DNA of 16,422 nucleotides, from NCBI GenBank assembly GCA_965200155.1, contig CBDATR010000030.1, positions 1 through 16,422 on the forward strand, written 5' to 3'. Position 1 is the first letter of the stretch. Each line of letters opens with the position of its first letter. Below are positions 1-8,875 of this stretch, in pieces. A model generated the notes under the pieces. That model searched no databases. It was not told the origin of the DNA and saw only the letters and a program-made list of their open reading frames with translations. Made by a program: the position numbers and the translations under genes. The DNA is from Nitrosopumilaceae archaeon. GTDB lineage: Archaea > Thermoproteota > Nitrososphaeria > Nitrososphaerales > Nitrosopumilaceae.

Positions 1-3000
1 GGTATAGTCTCGCCAACGACGCTATTGCCGGGCGGCGCTGTGGTAAGAGGCGCGCGACTGGGAACGACAGCATTAAAGACGGCCGGTACGACGAGTGCGG
101 CAGCCGCAGCCGCCGTAGGCATACAGGAAGCAATCCTGCAGGAGAATGTTAATGACAGGACTCTCTTTGAGAGTGCAACTAATGTGGCTGCGGGCGCACT
201 ACTTGGCGGTGCTTTGGGCGCGGGGGTGGGAGCCCTTGCTGGTCGAATACCCACGCCGCGGAGCTTTGATGAGGAGGTCATCGTACCTTACGAGGCTCCA
301 TCGGCTGTTCCCACGCCTGCCGTCGAGGCTGCGGACGACGCTGCTATTCCTCCTGGCATTGTGGTTAGTGATGAAGCTGGGCCGCCGATTAATCCCACCG
401 GCAGCGCTGCAGCAAAAGCTGCAGCCGATGGAGATATCAGACTAGATAGTGCGCTGGGTACGGCCACCTTCTTCGGTAAGGTATCCAGATACGCGGCGCT
501 CAATAGCCCCACAGTATCTGGCTACTTGAACGATATACCATCGATACGCGATAGCATGCGAGCCCTTGACAGTGGCGGCCTCCTATTCCGTGACGGCCAC
601 GGCAAGATTGCTGCGACTAGTGATGTGATTAGCAGGAAGAAGGCTTGGGAGGGACAGTACAAGAGAGCGCATGAGGCTAGCAAGGCAGCCATCAAAGAAT
701 ACCAGAAGTCGGTGACTCGCGCAGAGGGCCGTATGGGCAAGAAGGAGATAATGGAGCGTGCCTCTGATGCTATCGACGGAGGACTTGAGAAGTTCGACGG
801 ACCGTCCGTTGTTAAGGAGGTGGTAGAGGCTTATCAAAAACATGTGTTCCGCTCCCTTCTTCGAAGAAGCACAACGGCTAGAGTTTACTGATGCGGATAA
901 GTGGATGGATCCCAACACTTATGTGCCTCATAAAGTGCGTCGGCAATTGGTCACGGGGAAGCATGAAGAGTTTGTTGAGATATTGACGGAGCACTTTGCT
1001 GAGATAATAGGCGGCAAGGTTAATAGCGCGTTGAATAGACTGGAACAGCGGACAACAGGAAGACAGCTGGCTATCAAGGATTTGGAGGCGTCGCCGGAAG
1101 AGTTTGATGAACTGGAAGAGTTCTTAACGACGCAAATTGAGACGCTGAAGTCGAACCCTATGAAGATTCGCGGAATGAAGAAGCGTCTTGCCAACCTGCG
1201 CAAAGGTAAGGTTGCGCTTGAACGGAGGATGCAGAAGCAGAACGAGGAAATCTCGCGCGTTGAGGATGTGCAGGTTAGAGAGATTAACCGACTGATAGCG
1301 AAGGTGTCAAATCTCATCTCTCGTCCCTCTTTGATGGAGGAAGTTTCGGAACTTCTGCCAGAGGCAGGAATGTTCGCGTCAAAAGGAACTAAGCATCATG
1401 TTGAGACGAGAAGGCCTAAGAAGATAAAAGAGGCCAATCTTACAAAATTGGACGCGGATATTAAGAAGGTGCATGCTGAGGCCAAGAGGCTGGCTAAGAT
1501 TTTTCCCTCCTATCAGCATTATATTGATACTATTGATGAGAATCCTACTAGAACTAACAAAGCTATATATTCTTCAAGACTTATTAATGCAACGGAGGTT
1601 CACCTCGGTGAATTAAAATATCAAAGACAATCTGCACGAGGTCGGCTGGGTCATTTGCGTAAGGGTAAGGTAGGTTATGTTAAAGATAGTAAGGGCAAAG
1701 TTGTTCGTGATGGTGAGGGTAAACCTATTCGAGAGGAGCTATCAGAGAAGGAACTAGCTAATAGGATTAAAAACCTTGAGGAGGAAATAAAGCTACAGAC
1801 ACAAAAAATTGACTATATGGAGAAGGAAAAAAGCACGCTTGATAATTTTGCAAGTGATGTAAGGTATAGGACGCATAAGCGTAACGAGCTGACAAACAAG
1901 TGGTCAGACACATTGGAGACACGCCTCCTAGAGCTCAATGATGCAAAGTTGGCTATCGTTAGAAGGCGTGAGAGACGCTTGATGGAGCTGATTGAGGACA
2001 AGCAGAAATATGATCCTGAACTTGTAGCGAAGAGGCAAGAGGCATTTCAAAAAGAGATCGATCGCGACTATGGTAATGTGTATGCGCGTCTTGTCAAGCA
2101 AGGACTGTTGGATGAAGGTGGGGATATTGCAGGGGCAGCGTTTAATATAGGAAAGATAGCGCGTAAACAAGCCGAGGTCACCTCGTCTAAGTTCCTCAAA
2201 GATGTTAGCAGGATTCCACTTGTGTCAACGCTGTTGGAGCGTGGCCCTGAGTTAGACCGCACCCTTAACATCGACCCACTGAGGGTATGGTCTAATGGTT
2301 ATCGCTACATTGATTTTATGGAGCGCGATCTTGACCATCTCGCACGCATCTACACGCGTACGGTGGGTGCAGACTTTGAGATATATAGGTCATTCGGCTC
2401 CGTCAATCCCTTGGGTAAAGGATCTGAGTTTATCGAGCAGGTGAATAAACAAGTCGAAGACATGCGGGCTAAGGTGAAAGAGGAGCTTGAAGGAAAAGAA
2501 GCGGAAAAGGCACTTGCTCGTATCAACAATGAATATACACGAGGCGTTAAGGAGCTGCGTGAGGTTATAGAACGGGCGCGTGACATGCGAGGTATACCCG
2601 AGGATCCGGAGAGTATACCTTGGAGGGCTGGTAAAACGCTGCTCAATCTCAACACGCTGAGGTTGATGGGCGGCGTCGTGATCGCTTCGTTGGCTGATCC
2701 CGGCAACCTCAGTTAAGCGTCTGGGTGTAGAATCTATTTACCGCGACGGCCTGCGCCACATGTTTACCAACTTCAAGGCGTTGGAGGCGGGGGCTCGTGA
2801 AGCTCGCTATGCAGGAGCAGGACTGGACTTGTTGACGCACGCACGACTGCAAGCTATAACAGATACCTGTTGACGATTATGGTCTAGGTAATAAGGGTGA
2901 ACGCTATCTTGCAGTACTTGCACCAACAACATGGGCAGGATTGCGCTGTTTGATTTCTGGAATGCGTTTTGGAAACAGACTGTTGGCGCCCTCACAATGC

Positions 3001-3831
3001 AGCGCATTATTCATGACATCGATGGTGTTGCAGACTGGTAAGGGTAACAAGGCCGTAGCGGAGAAGATTCCTCGCCCATACTAACATTGGTGAGGAAGAG
3101 GCTAATGGCAATCCTGGGCATGAGATACAAGCAAAGGTGGCGCCTCCAATTATAAAGGCGTGCTTGTGCCCAATACTGAGGATTGGAAGGATCCACAGGT
3201 TGCGCAAATGTTTCGCCAAGCCATCGTGCGTATGGTCGATGATACCATCGTTACACCGGGTTTCGAGCGTCCCGCCATCATGGACGAGACTATGTTTGGC
3301 AAACTAATCTTTCAGTTTCGCAGCTTCGCATTCGCCTCCATTACCAAGACACTACTGTACAGCGCTCAAGAGTTGAAGTACGGCAACCTAAATATTTTGG
3401 CAGGTAGTGGAATGGCGCTTGCATTGGGTGCCGCGTCGTGGTATACATGGTCAATCCTTGCTGGGGAAGATCAAGCAGCCCGGATGCGGAATGCAGACTA
3501 TGATAAGTGGATGGATGAGTCTATCAACCGCAGTGGTCTACTTGGCCCGTTGCAGGAAATACTGAATATCGGATCTAAGATACCCGGGGTTGCGGATTTT
3601 GTACAGTTCTCAGGCGAATCGACCTCAAAGAGTTATCGCCCATTCGATGATCCTATCATTGATGCGGGTGGTCCCTCGGTTGGCTTTGTGAAGGACCTGC
3701 AGAAGGCAATTGGAACAGCGTCTGAACCTAATCAAACAACCTTTAAGGCTATACGGAGGTTGTCACCATTGGCGAATGTATCCTATATTCGCCCTGTGTT
3801 AAACACCCTGGAAGATGAGGTATACAAGTAA
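1..3831 (+). CDS. Large internal virion (ejection/core-type) protein, 5'-truncated by the window, interrupted by frameshifts (ORF-track pieces 25-891, 842-2716, 3160-3831)
   Basis: Frame 1 is open from base 1 (GIVSPTTLLPGG...). Gly/Ala-rich hydrophobic stretch (AAGALLGGALGAGVGALAG), long coiled-coil middle, and C-terminal motifs (RLMGGVVIASLAD, PNTEDWKD, DDTIVTPG, QFRSFAFAS, NRSGLLG) of the kind seen in large podovirus internal virion proteins. Pieces join into one reading frame if single-base indels at ~850 and within 2711-3140 are corrected. Confidence 0.65.
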
Positions 3832-4091
3832 TGGCTAGTGGAACTTTTTCAGCGGCTGGTACGAGTGCAACTGTCGTCATCAACACGAGAGCAGATGTCT
3901 CGCTAAACTTTAGTGGCACTGGTACTGTGCAATTGCAGCGCAACATCAACGGTGGTTGGCGGAATGTGCCGGATGGTAGGTGGACTGCCGACGCCGAGGA
4001 TGTTATCTTTAGTGGTAGTCAAGGGAGGCAGTATAGGCTACGCTGTACGGCTGTTGAGAGTGGCGAGACTATCGACTGGGAGATTAGCTGA
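3831..4091 (+). CDS. Small beta-rich putative virion structural protein (86 aa)
   Basis: ATG overlaps upstream TAA (TAATG), GAGG upstream; Gly/Thr/Ser-rich beta-strand pattern (GTGTVQLQRNINGGW, YRLRCT); located in the structural arm. Confidence 0.6.
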   Translation: MASGTFSAAGTSATVVINTRADVSLNFSGTGTVQLQRNINGGWRNVPDGRWTADAEDVIFSGSQGRQYRLRCTAVESGETIDWEIS

Positions 4092-4378
4092 TGTTGCTGG
4101 GGATTGTCCACAGCCCCGTTGGGTCTAAGAATAAAGGCACAGGCACAGGTACGGCGCCTGTGGTGGTGGCTGGCGGCGACTTCCTGCCGACGCCTGATAG
4201 AGATGAGGCAGCCGCAGAATACTTCTACCTAGGGTGGGCAGACGTTAACGGCGGTTGGCTTGTGAGAAGGATCGCACGAGCCGATGCCACGCGTGCCGAC
4301 GCTACTGCCAGTGACAATTCAAGCTACACCACGCTGGCCGAAGCGTGGCCCCACCGTGCTACCCTAACCTACGCTTAA
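4091..4378 (+). CDS. Hypothetical phage protein (95 aa), probably virion-associated
   Basis: TGATG overlap with the upstream gene, GGAG upstream; C-terminal W-x-x-RA-x-LTY motif; lies immediately before the tail fibre gene. Confidence 0.6.
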   Translation: MLLGIVHSPVGSKNKGTGTGTAPVVVAGGDFLPTPDRDEAAAEYFYLGWADVNGGWLVRRIARADATRADATASDNSSYTTLAEAWPHRATLTYA

Positions 4379-4389
4379 GGAGTCTAATA

Positions 4390-6984
4390 ATGTCTATTAG
4401 CAGCGCCATTACTAGCGCTTCCGGTGCCTCTCGCAATTCCACCTATGGCATACTTGATGTCAATGCTACGGTCACAGCTGATGGTACCATTGATGGTGAG
4501 ACTGTTATCATTCGATCGAACGACGGTGCCTTGCGGGCAGCCAGCAGTGCTGGTCTTATTATTAATGAGTCTCAAGTTCGCATACTAGAAAACGCTATAG
4601 GAGGGAGTGACCCGCTAACTTATCACTCCAATACTAGGAATGTTGATTTAGAAAACTCTTCTATAATCAATGAGGACCTAGCTAGTGGCTCTACTACTAG
4701 GCAGAACATTCGCGTGCGTCATCTCAAGCGTTGTGTTATAGCGGATCGCGATGAGCGCCAGAGGCTATTCGTCTATACCAAGACTGGCGCCATTCTGGAC
4801 AAGACGCTGTTCCGTGGTATTGCGGTATGGGAAATCGATGGTGTACCTGCCCAAGTCAGCGATGTTGTCGTGGATAATGTTGGGGCAGGGTTCCTGAATT
4901 GGGGACAAGCGAGGCTCGACTTTGTCGGTTTCGATGTCGCCAATATGAGTAACACTGCCGCGCATGGTTGGATTGGCAGCGGCAATTCTGGTAATAACTC
5001 AGTTTATAATTGGAACAAAGGCGCCAACTTTGATAACACGAAGATAGTGTTTGGGTCTAGCAATCCGCACTACTACGAGGGGTATACTATATGTTGGCGG
5101 TTTATCGACTCGAATGGGAATGCTGAAGGTGTCAGGCTTTCCTACTGGGATGATCGTGAGACTGAGAATACGCAGGCGTTACGCGCTATCTTCGATACTA
5201 ATAGTGACGGTGTGCCTGCGGGTATTAGGTATACGAGGACTGACACATACATAACGTCTTTGAGCGTGCCGGAAACGATGGACGCCCTGTATGCCGTCAC
5301 TGGTCGGTCCCACATTAATACGAGTGGAGCGCATCCACCCGGTGGCATTACAGGTGCGGGCACGACTATCAGGACCTATGATATGATAGATGTCACTCCG
5401 CGATATGAAGTGCGGTCATTTAAACACTTCCCTCTTCCTGCTATTGCCGGACAGGACTTTTCGATTGCTGCTCCTATAGGTAAGATTCACGGTAACTTCA
5501 CTGTCGACGAGCGCGTTGATGTTGAGCTTGATGTGGATCCAGCCATCACAGAGGATAAGGCGGATGTTGATGCCTACACCTCGATTACGACTAGCGCCCG
5601 GCTCTATCACGCAATGGTTGCGCATTGGGTTAACTTCCCGGAAGTGACAGTACCCAGACCCACCTGGAATAATGGTGTGGTTACAGGTAACCAGCCTATC
5701 GCAAGGCGTCCTATCCCATCGGCGGCGGTCACTATAGACCAAGTAGTATTTGAAACTAATTCTACATGGTCTGCAGATATGATCGCAGAATACTTCGTGG
5801 CTGGCAGACTGGTCACCATAAATGGTACCACCAAGAGGGTATATACTGCTGCTAGGACTGGTAATAGGTTTACGGTGGCGATTGATACTGGTATTACATG
5901 GGGCACCGGCAACTTGGTGATACCACTAAACCTGAGTGGATCCACATATACCTTCTCTAGCCATACAGCGCAGATAGCATCAGTTGACACAGCTCTTGAG
6001 TGGGCAGTGCAAGAGGATGTATCGATACCAGCCAATACTATATATAGATACGCTCCTGCTATTGAGTGGGACGGCACTCAGTGGTGGTTTAAGGTGGGGG
6101 CAGCGCATGGCAATGTTGCGGGTGCCTCTTTCACTGGCAATATCAACGCTGGTACTGCGGCTGTCACGCTCAATGATCTCCCAGTGACAGGTGTTGTTGC
6201 TGATAGCACCGGTACCACTTCGCAGGTCACAGTCACTTGCGCTGATAGCAATGCCCATATAGCATTATTCACAGCTACGGGCACGGAGAAAATTACCGGC
6301 GTTAGTAGTATTAGTGCAGGTTTGTCACTTACTGAAAGTGTTGATGGGGTTAAGGCAGTGGCAGCACGTCCCGGGTACAAGGCGCAAGTGCAGACGATTG
6401 ACGCAAGCTCAGGTGGTGTTATAACCGTAGCATTCCCCACACTTGAAAAGGACAAGATGCCTGATGGTACTGATATGTTCCCAACACAGGATCTTGACTC
6501 ACTGTGCACCGTAGCTTATATGGTGTCAGACATCACTAGTGTTGGCTTGAGAATTGACATCGGTGATGGGACTATTCAGGCGCGCGATGCTTATAGGGCC
6601 GCAGCCGAAGGCGCTATTACTAACGATGGTCTCAAATATCTAGCGTTCGGTGGCGTATCGCCCACTTACTTTGTTGACTTCGCCTCGAGCACCTTGGTTA
6701 TGAACCAGTCCAACAACAAGCTTCGCGCATTAGCCACAGGACAGGTGAACACGGAGATGCAGGCCACAGTGTTCCACCCTGACAATCAATCCATTGACGG
6801 GAGTAATGGTGTGGTGGCGAGGCGTGGTGGTATCAGACCCGAAGACCTGGCTACCTCCATAGCTTTCAACCTCGATATCGATCCTAACAGGCAAGAGCTG
6901 CAGTCGATAGGCGGTATGATTGTGGCTTGCCGAGATTATTCAAAGGCCGCTGCCCTACAAACTCAAAGTGAACCTTCAGGATGA
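4390..6984 (+). CDS. Tail fibre/tail spike (receptor-binding) protein, ~864 aa
   Basis: AAGGAG Shine-Dalgarno just upstream of ATG 4390 favours this start over GTG 4345. Thr/Gly/Ser/Asn/Val-rich, beta-helix-like periodicity in the N-terminal third; lies between virion genes and the lysis cassette. Confidence 0.65.
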   Translation: MSISSAITSASGASRNSTYGILDVNATVTADGTIDGETVIIRSNDGALRAASSAGLIINESQVRILENAIGGSDPLTYHSNTRNVDLENSSIINEDLASGSTTRQNIRVRHLKRCVIADRDERQRLFVYTKTGAILDKTLFRGIAVWEIDGVPAQVSDVVVDNVGAGFLNWGQARLDFVGFDVANMSNTAAHGWIGSGNSGNNSVYNWNKGANFDNTKIVFGSSNPHYYEGYTICWRFIDSNGNAEGVRLSYWDDRETENTQALRAIFDTNSDGVPAGIRYTRTDTYITSLSVPETMDALYAVTGRSHINTSGAHPPGGITGAGTTIRTYDMIDVTPRYEVRSFKHFPLPAIAGQDFSIAAPIGKIHGNFTVDERVDVELDVDPAITEDKADVDAYTSITTSARLYHAMVAHWVNFPEVTVPRPTWNNGVVTGNQPIARRPIPSAAVTIDQVVFETNSTWSADMIAEYFVAGRLVTINGTTKRVYTAARTGNRFTVAIDTGITWGTGNLVIPLNLSGSTYTFSSHTAQIASVDTALEWAVQEDVSIPANTIYRYAPAIEWDGTQWWFKVGAAHGNVAGASFTGNINAGTAAVTLNDLPVTGVVADSTGTTSQVTVTCADSNAHIALFTATGTEKITGVSSISAGLSLTESVDGVKAVAARPGYKAQVQTIDASSGGVITVAFPTLEKDKMPDGTDMFPTQDLDSLCTVAYMVSDITSVGLRIDIGDGTIQARDAYRAAAEGAITNDGLKYLAFGGVSPTYFVDFASSTLVMNQSNNKLRALATGQVNTEMQATVFHPDNQSIDGSNGVVARRGGIRPEDLATSIAFNLDIDPNRQELQSIGGMIVACRDYSKAAALQTQSEPSG

Positions 6985-7322
6985 TAGATAGTTCCCATAA
7001 CCAGATCGCCGCCATTGTTATAGGTATAGGCGCACTGATCTTCGCCTCCGAGCGTATCATCAATTTCATTACCAAGAGTCTGCGTGAAAGAGTAGACTCG
7101 CTAGAGAAACGTATCGCTAGCGTTGAGAGTAGTGACAAGGCTTCGGTTGAGATGTTGCAGAAGGTGTATGATCGCATCGAACACATGCGAGCTGAATCGA
7201 CGCAGCAACATGCTGACATGCGCAACTATGTGCATTCGGAGATACGAAGATTGGAAGAGAAATGGGGCGCTCGCTCCAGCGATATCTATGCTAAGATTAC
7301 TGAGTTGGGGAGAAGTAAGTAA
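6981..7322 (+). CDS. Membrane-anchored coiled-coil protein (113 aa), putative lysis accessory
   Basis: ATGA overlap with tail fibre stop; N-terminal hydrophobic helix (IAAIVIGIGALIFA) followed by heptad pattern (LRERVDSLEKRIASVE); upstream of holin/endolysin. Confidence 0.55.
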   Translation: MIDSSHNQIAAIVIGIGALIFASERIINFITKSLRERVDSLEKRIASVESSDKASVEMLQKVYDRIEHMRAESTQQHADMRNYVHSEIRRLEEKWGARSSDIYAKITELGRSK

Positions 7323-7486
7323 TGTTTTTGACACCCAAACCTGTCCGGGATTTGATAGCTGCGCAGACAGATAGGAAGGCGCATGGGATCATGGTTCGCA
7401 TCTGGGCCGCCGCCGCTTTCTACTTTATAATGGGCGTTGCTACGGGTATACTGGTAGATGAAAGCATCCGTCTGGTGATGTCATGA
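7322..7486 (+). CDS. Small single-TM protein (54 aa), not in the ORF track
   Basis: Hand translation MFLTPKPVRDLIAAQTDRKAHGIMVRIWAAAAFYFIMGVATGILVDESIRLVMS*; TAATG overlap at the start, ATGA overlap with the holin at the end, GGGGAG upstream; fills the gap exactly. Confidence 0.7.
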   Translation: MFLTPKPVRDLIAAQTDRKAHGIMVRIWAAAAFYFIMGVATGILVDESIRLVMS

Positions 7487-8007
7487 TAGCCGCAGCCCTG
7501 GGTTTCCTCGCCCCCTTCCTGCCCGACCTTATAGGTATGGGCAAAGGGTGGGTGGATCATAAGCAGGAATTGCAGATGATGAAGCTGCGCCTTGATCATG
7601 CTGCTCAAGAGCATGATTGGCGCATGGATTTGATACATGAGCAGGCGGCGTTGCAAAGTCAGATTGCTGCACGCAAGCCCCATCAGTCTTACGGTGTACA
7701 AATCCTGAATGCGGCACAGCATAACGAGGGTCTGATTAATGGTTGGGTATTTAGTATCGCTTTTATTATGTTCAGTGCGCTGGACTGGTTCATCAGCTCC
7801 GTACGTCCAACAGTCAGCTACTTCATCTTCGGAGTGTGGGGCAGCGTCAAGCTCGCCTCGCTGCTGTTCATCTATGAGCAAAAACAAGACCTCGTTCTTA
7901 CCTTGTCACACCCGCTCGCGTTCACCGACTTTGACCAAGAGCTGATGCTGCTGATCGTAGCGTTCTGGTTTGGCGATCGCACGAGGCGCCGGGTCATGGA
8001 AAAATGA
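7483..8007 (+). CDS. Holin, GTA-type 3TM family-like
   Basis: N-terminal amphipathic segment, coiled coil, then hydrophobic helices with characteristic SVRP and FWFGDR motifs and a basic C-tail; directly upstream of the endolysin. Confidence 0.75.
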   Translation: MIAAALGFLAPFLPDLIGMGKGWVDHKQELQMMKLRLDHAAQEHDWRMDLIHEQAALQSQIAARKPHQSYGVQILNAAQHNEGLINGWVFSIAFIMFSALDWFISSVRPTVSYFIFGVWGSVKLASLLFIYEQKQDLVLTLSHPLAFTDFDQELMLLIVAFWFGDRTRRRVMEK

Positions 8008-8450
8008 GCGAGGCCTTGCGGCTGGCTGCGGAATGTGCCAAGGAGTTTGAAGGGTTAAGCTTGGACCCCTATAGAGATCCGGTGGGGTATCCTACCATCG
8101 GGTATGGGCACCTGCTCTCACGTAATACTCACATTCCCCTTGCTCAATGGCAGTCGATTAGTATAGATGCAGCGCATAGCTTACTCGAGGATGATATGAT
8201 GACGGCAGTGGGTGCCGTGGCACGACTCATCAATGTGCCCTTGACAGCGGGACAAGAAGCAGCGTTAATAGACTTCTGTTTCAACTGTGGCAGTGGTAAC
8301 TTACAGGTCTCAACGCTACGCCGCGTCGTAAACCGTCAGGAATACGACGCGGCGCCTACTCAATTAATGCGATGGGTGTACGCCCGTGGTATGAAACTGC
8401 CCGGGCTGGTTAGGAGGCGTCAGGCTGAATGTGAATTGTGGCAGCGCTAG
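8004..8450 (+). CDS. Endolysin, GH24 phage lysozyme
   Basis: Catalytic E-x8-D-x5-T pattern (FEGLSLDPYRDPVGYPTIGYGH), FNCG, and C-terminal LPGLVRRRQAE. Confidence 0.95.
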   Translation: MSEALRLAAECAKEFEGLSLDPYRDPVGYPTIGYGHLLSRNTHIPLAQWQSISIDAAHSLLEDDMMTAVGAVARLINVPLTAGQEAALIDFCFNCGSGNLQVSTLRRVVNRQEYDAAPTQLMRWVYARGMKLPGLVRRRQAECELWQR

Positions 8451-8875
8451 CGTAACCCTGTCCGTTTTATGGACGAGGTTACATCAAACCTGTATCCCAC
8501 TTCCTCAGGAGTCAGCTCGGTGTAATGCGCGTAACCTTCCGGCACCCGACAGGTGAAGCTAGGATTCCGATGCTGCATTCGCGCGATGCCGATAAATAGG
8601 CTCCAGCCTAAACCAGACACAACCCTATGATGTGTATCGTGAGTGTAGAACCTAAGGCTGGGGCCTAATCGGCGTCTTGTTCGACTGAAGATTTGTTCAG
8701 TCATCCTTCCTTTCAACAACAGACTAATGCTGTACTTCCATGGGTGGTTGTGCATCCGCTCAGTCTTCTCACTGCACCCTGCTGGGTAGTGGTGCAGGTA
8801 CACAGTCAACCATCGGCCACGCAGACCGCGTCTAAGCATCCAGCCATTCTGCACATTATTAGAGATGTATCTCAT
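8447..8875 (-). CDS. Cupin-fold (HxH...H) putative metalloprotein/dioxygenase (142 aa)
   Basis: VYLHH...HNHPW...ISLLLKG..TE...HHRV...WSLFIG pattern; ATGA overlap with the upstream helicase-like gene, GGAGGTG upstream. Confidence 0.6.
   Translation of the reverse strand: MRYISNNVQNGWMLRRGLRGRWLTVYLHHYPAGCSEKTERMHNHPWKYSISLLLKGRMTEQIFSRTRRRLGPSLRFYTHDTHHRVVSGLGWSLFIGIARMQHRNPSFTCRVPEGYAHYTELTPEEVGYRFDVTSSIKRTGLR

Noticed and set aside
2716-3160. Apparent non-coding gap as an ncRNA, intron, or stop-codon recoding region
   Set aside because: Explained by frame-switching coding sequence; the breaks are indels, not in-frame stops, and all other genes read in the standard code.
4136-4160. Short GGCACA tandem repeat (and nearby ADATRADAT peptide repeat)
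   Set aside because: Only two to three units encoding a GTGTGT linker; too short to imply phase variation.
4345-4389. Longer GTG start for the tail fibre
   Set aside because: Overlaps the upstream gene; the strong AAGGAG site supports ATG 4390.
5416-6509. Several 90-156 aa - strand ORFs opposite the tail fibre
   Set aside because: Antisense shadows of a Thr/Gly/Val-rich gene, with no independent support.
7123-7374. Nested alternate-frame Cys-rich ORF as a possible Rz1-like o-spanin
   Set aside because: No hydrophobic signal peptide or lipobox before the cysteines; not Pro-rich.
7420-7887. 155-aa - strand ORF opposite the holin
   Set aside because: Fully overlaps well-supported + strand genes and has no recognisable features.
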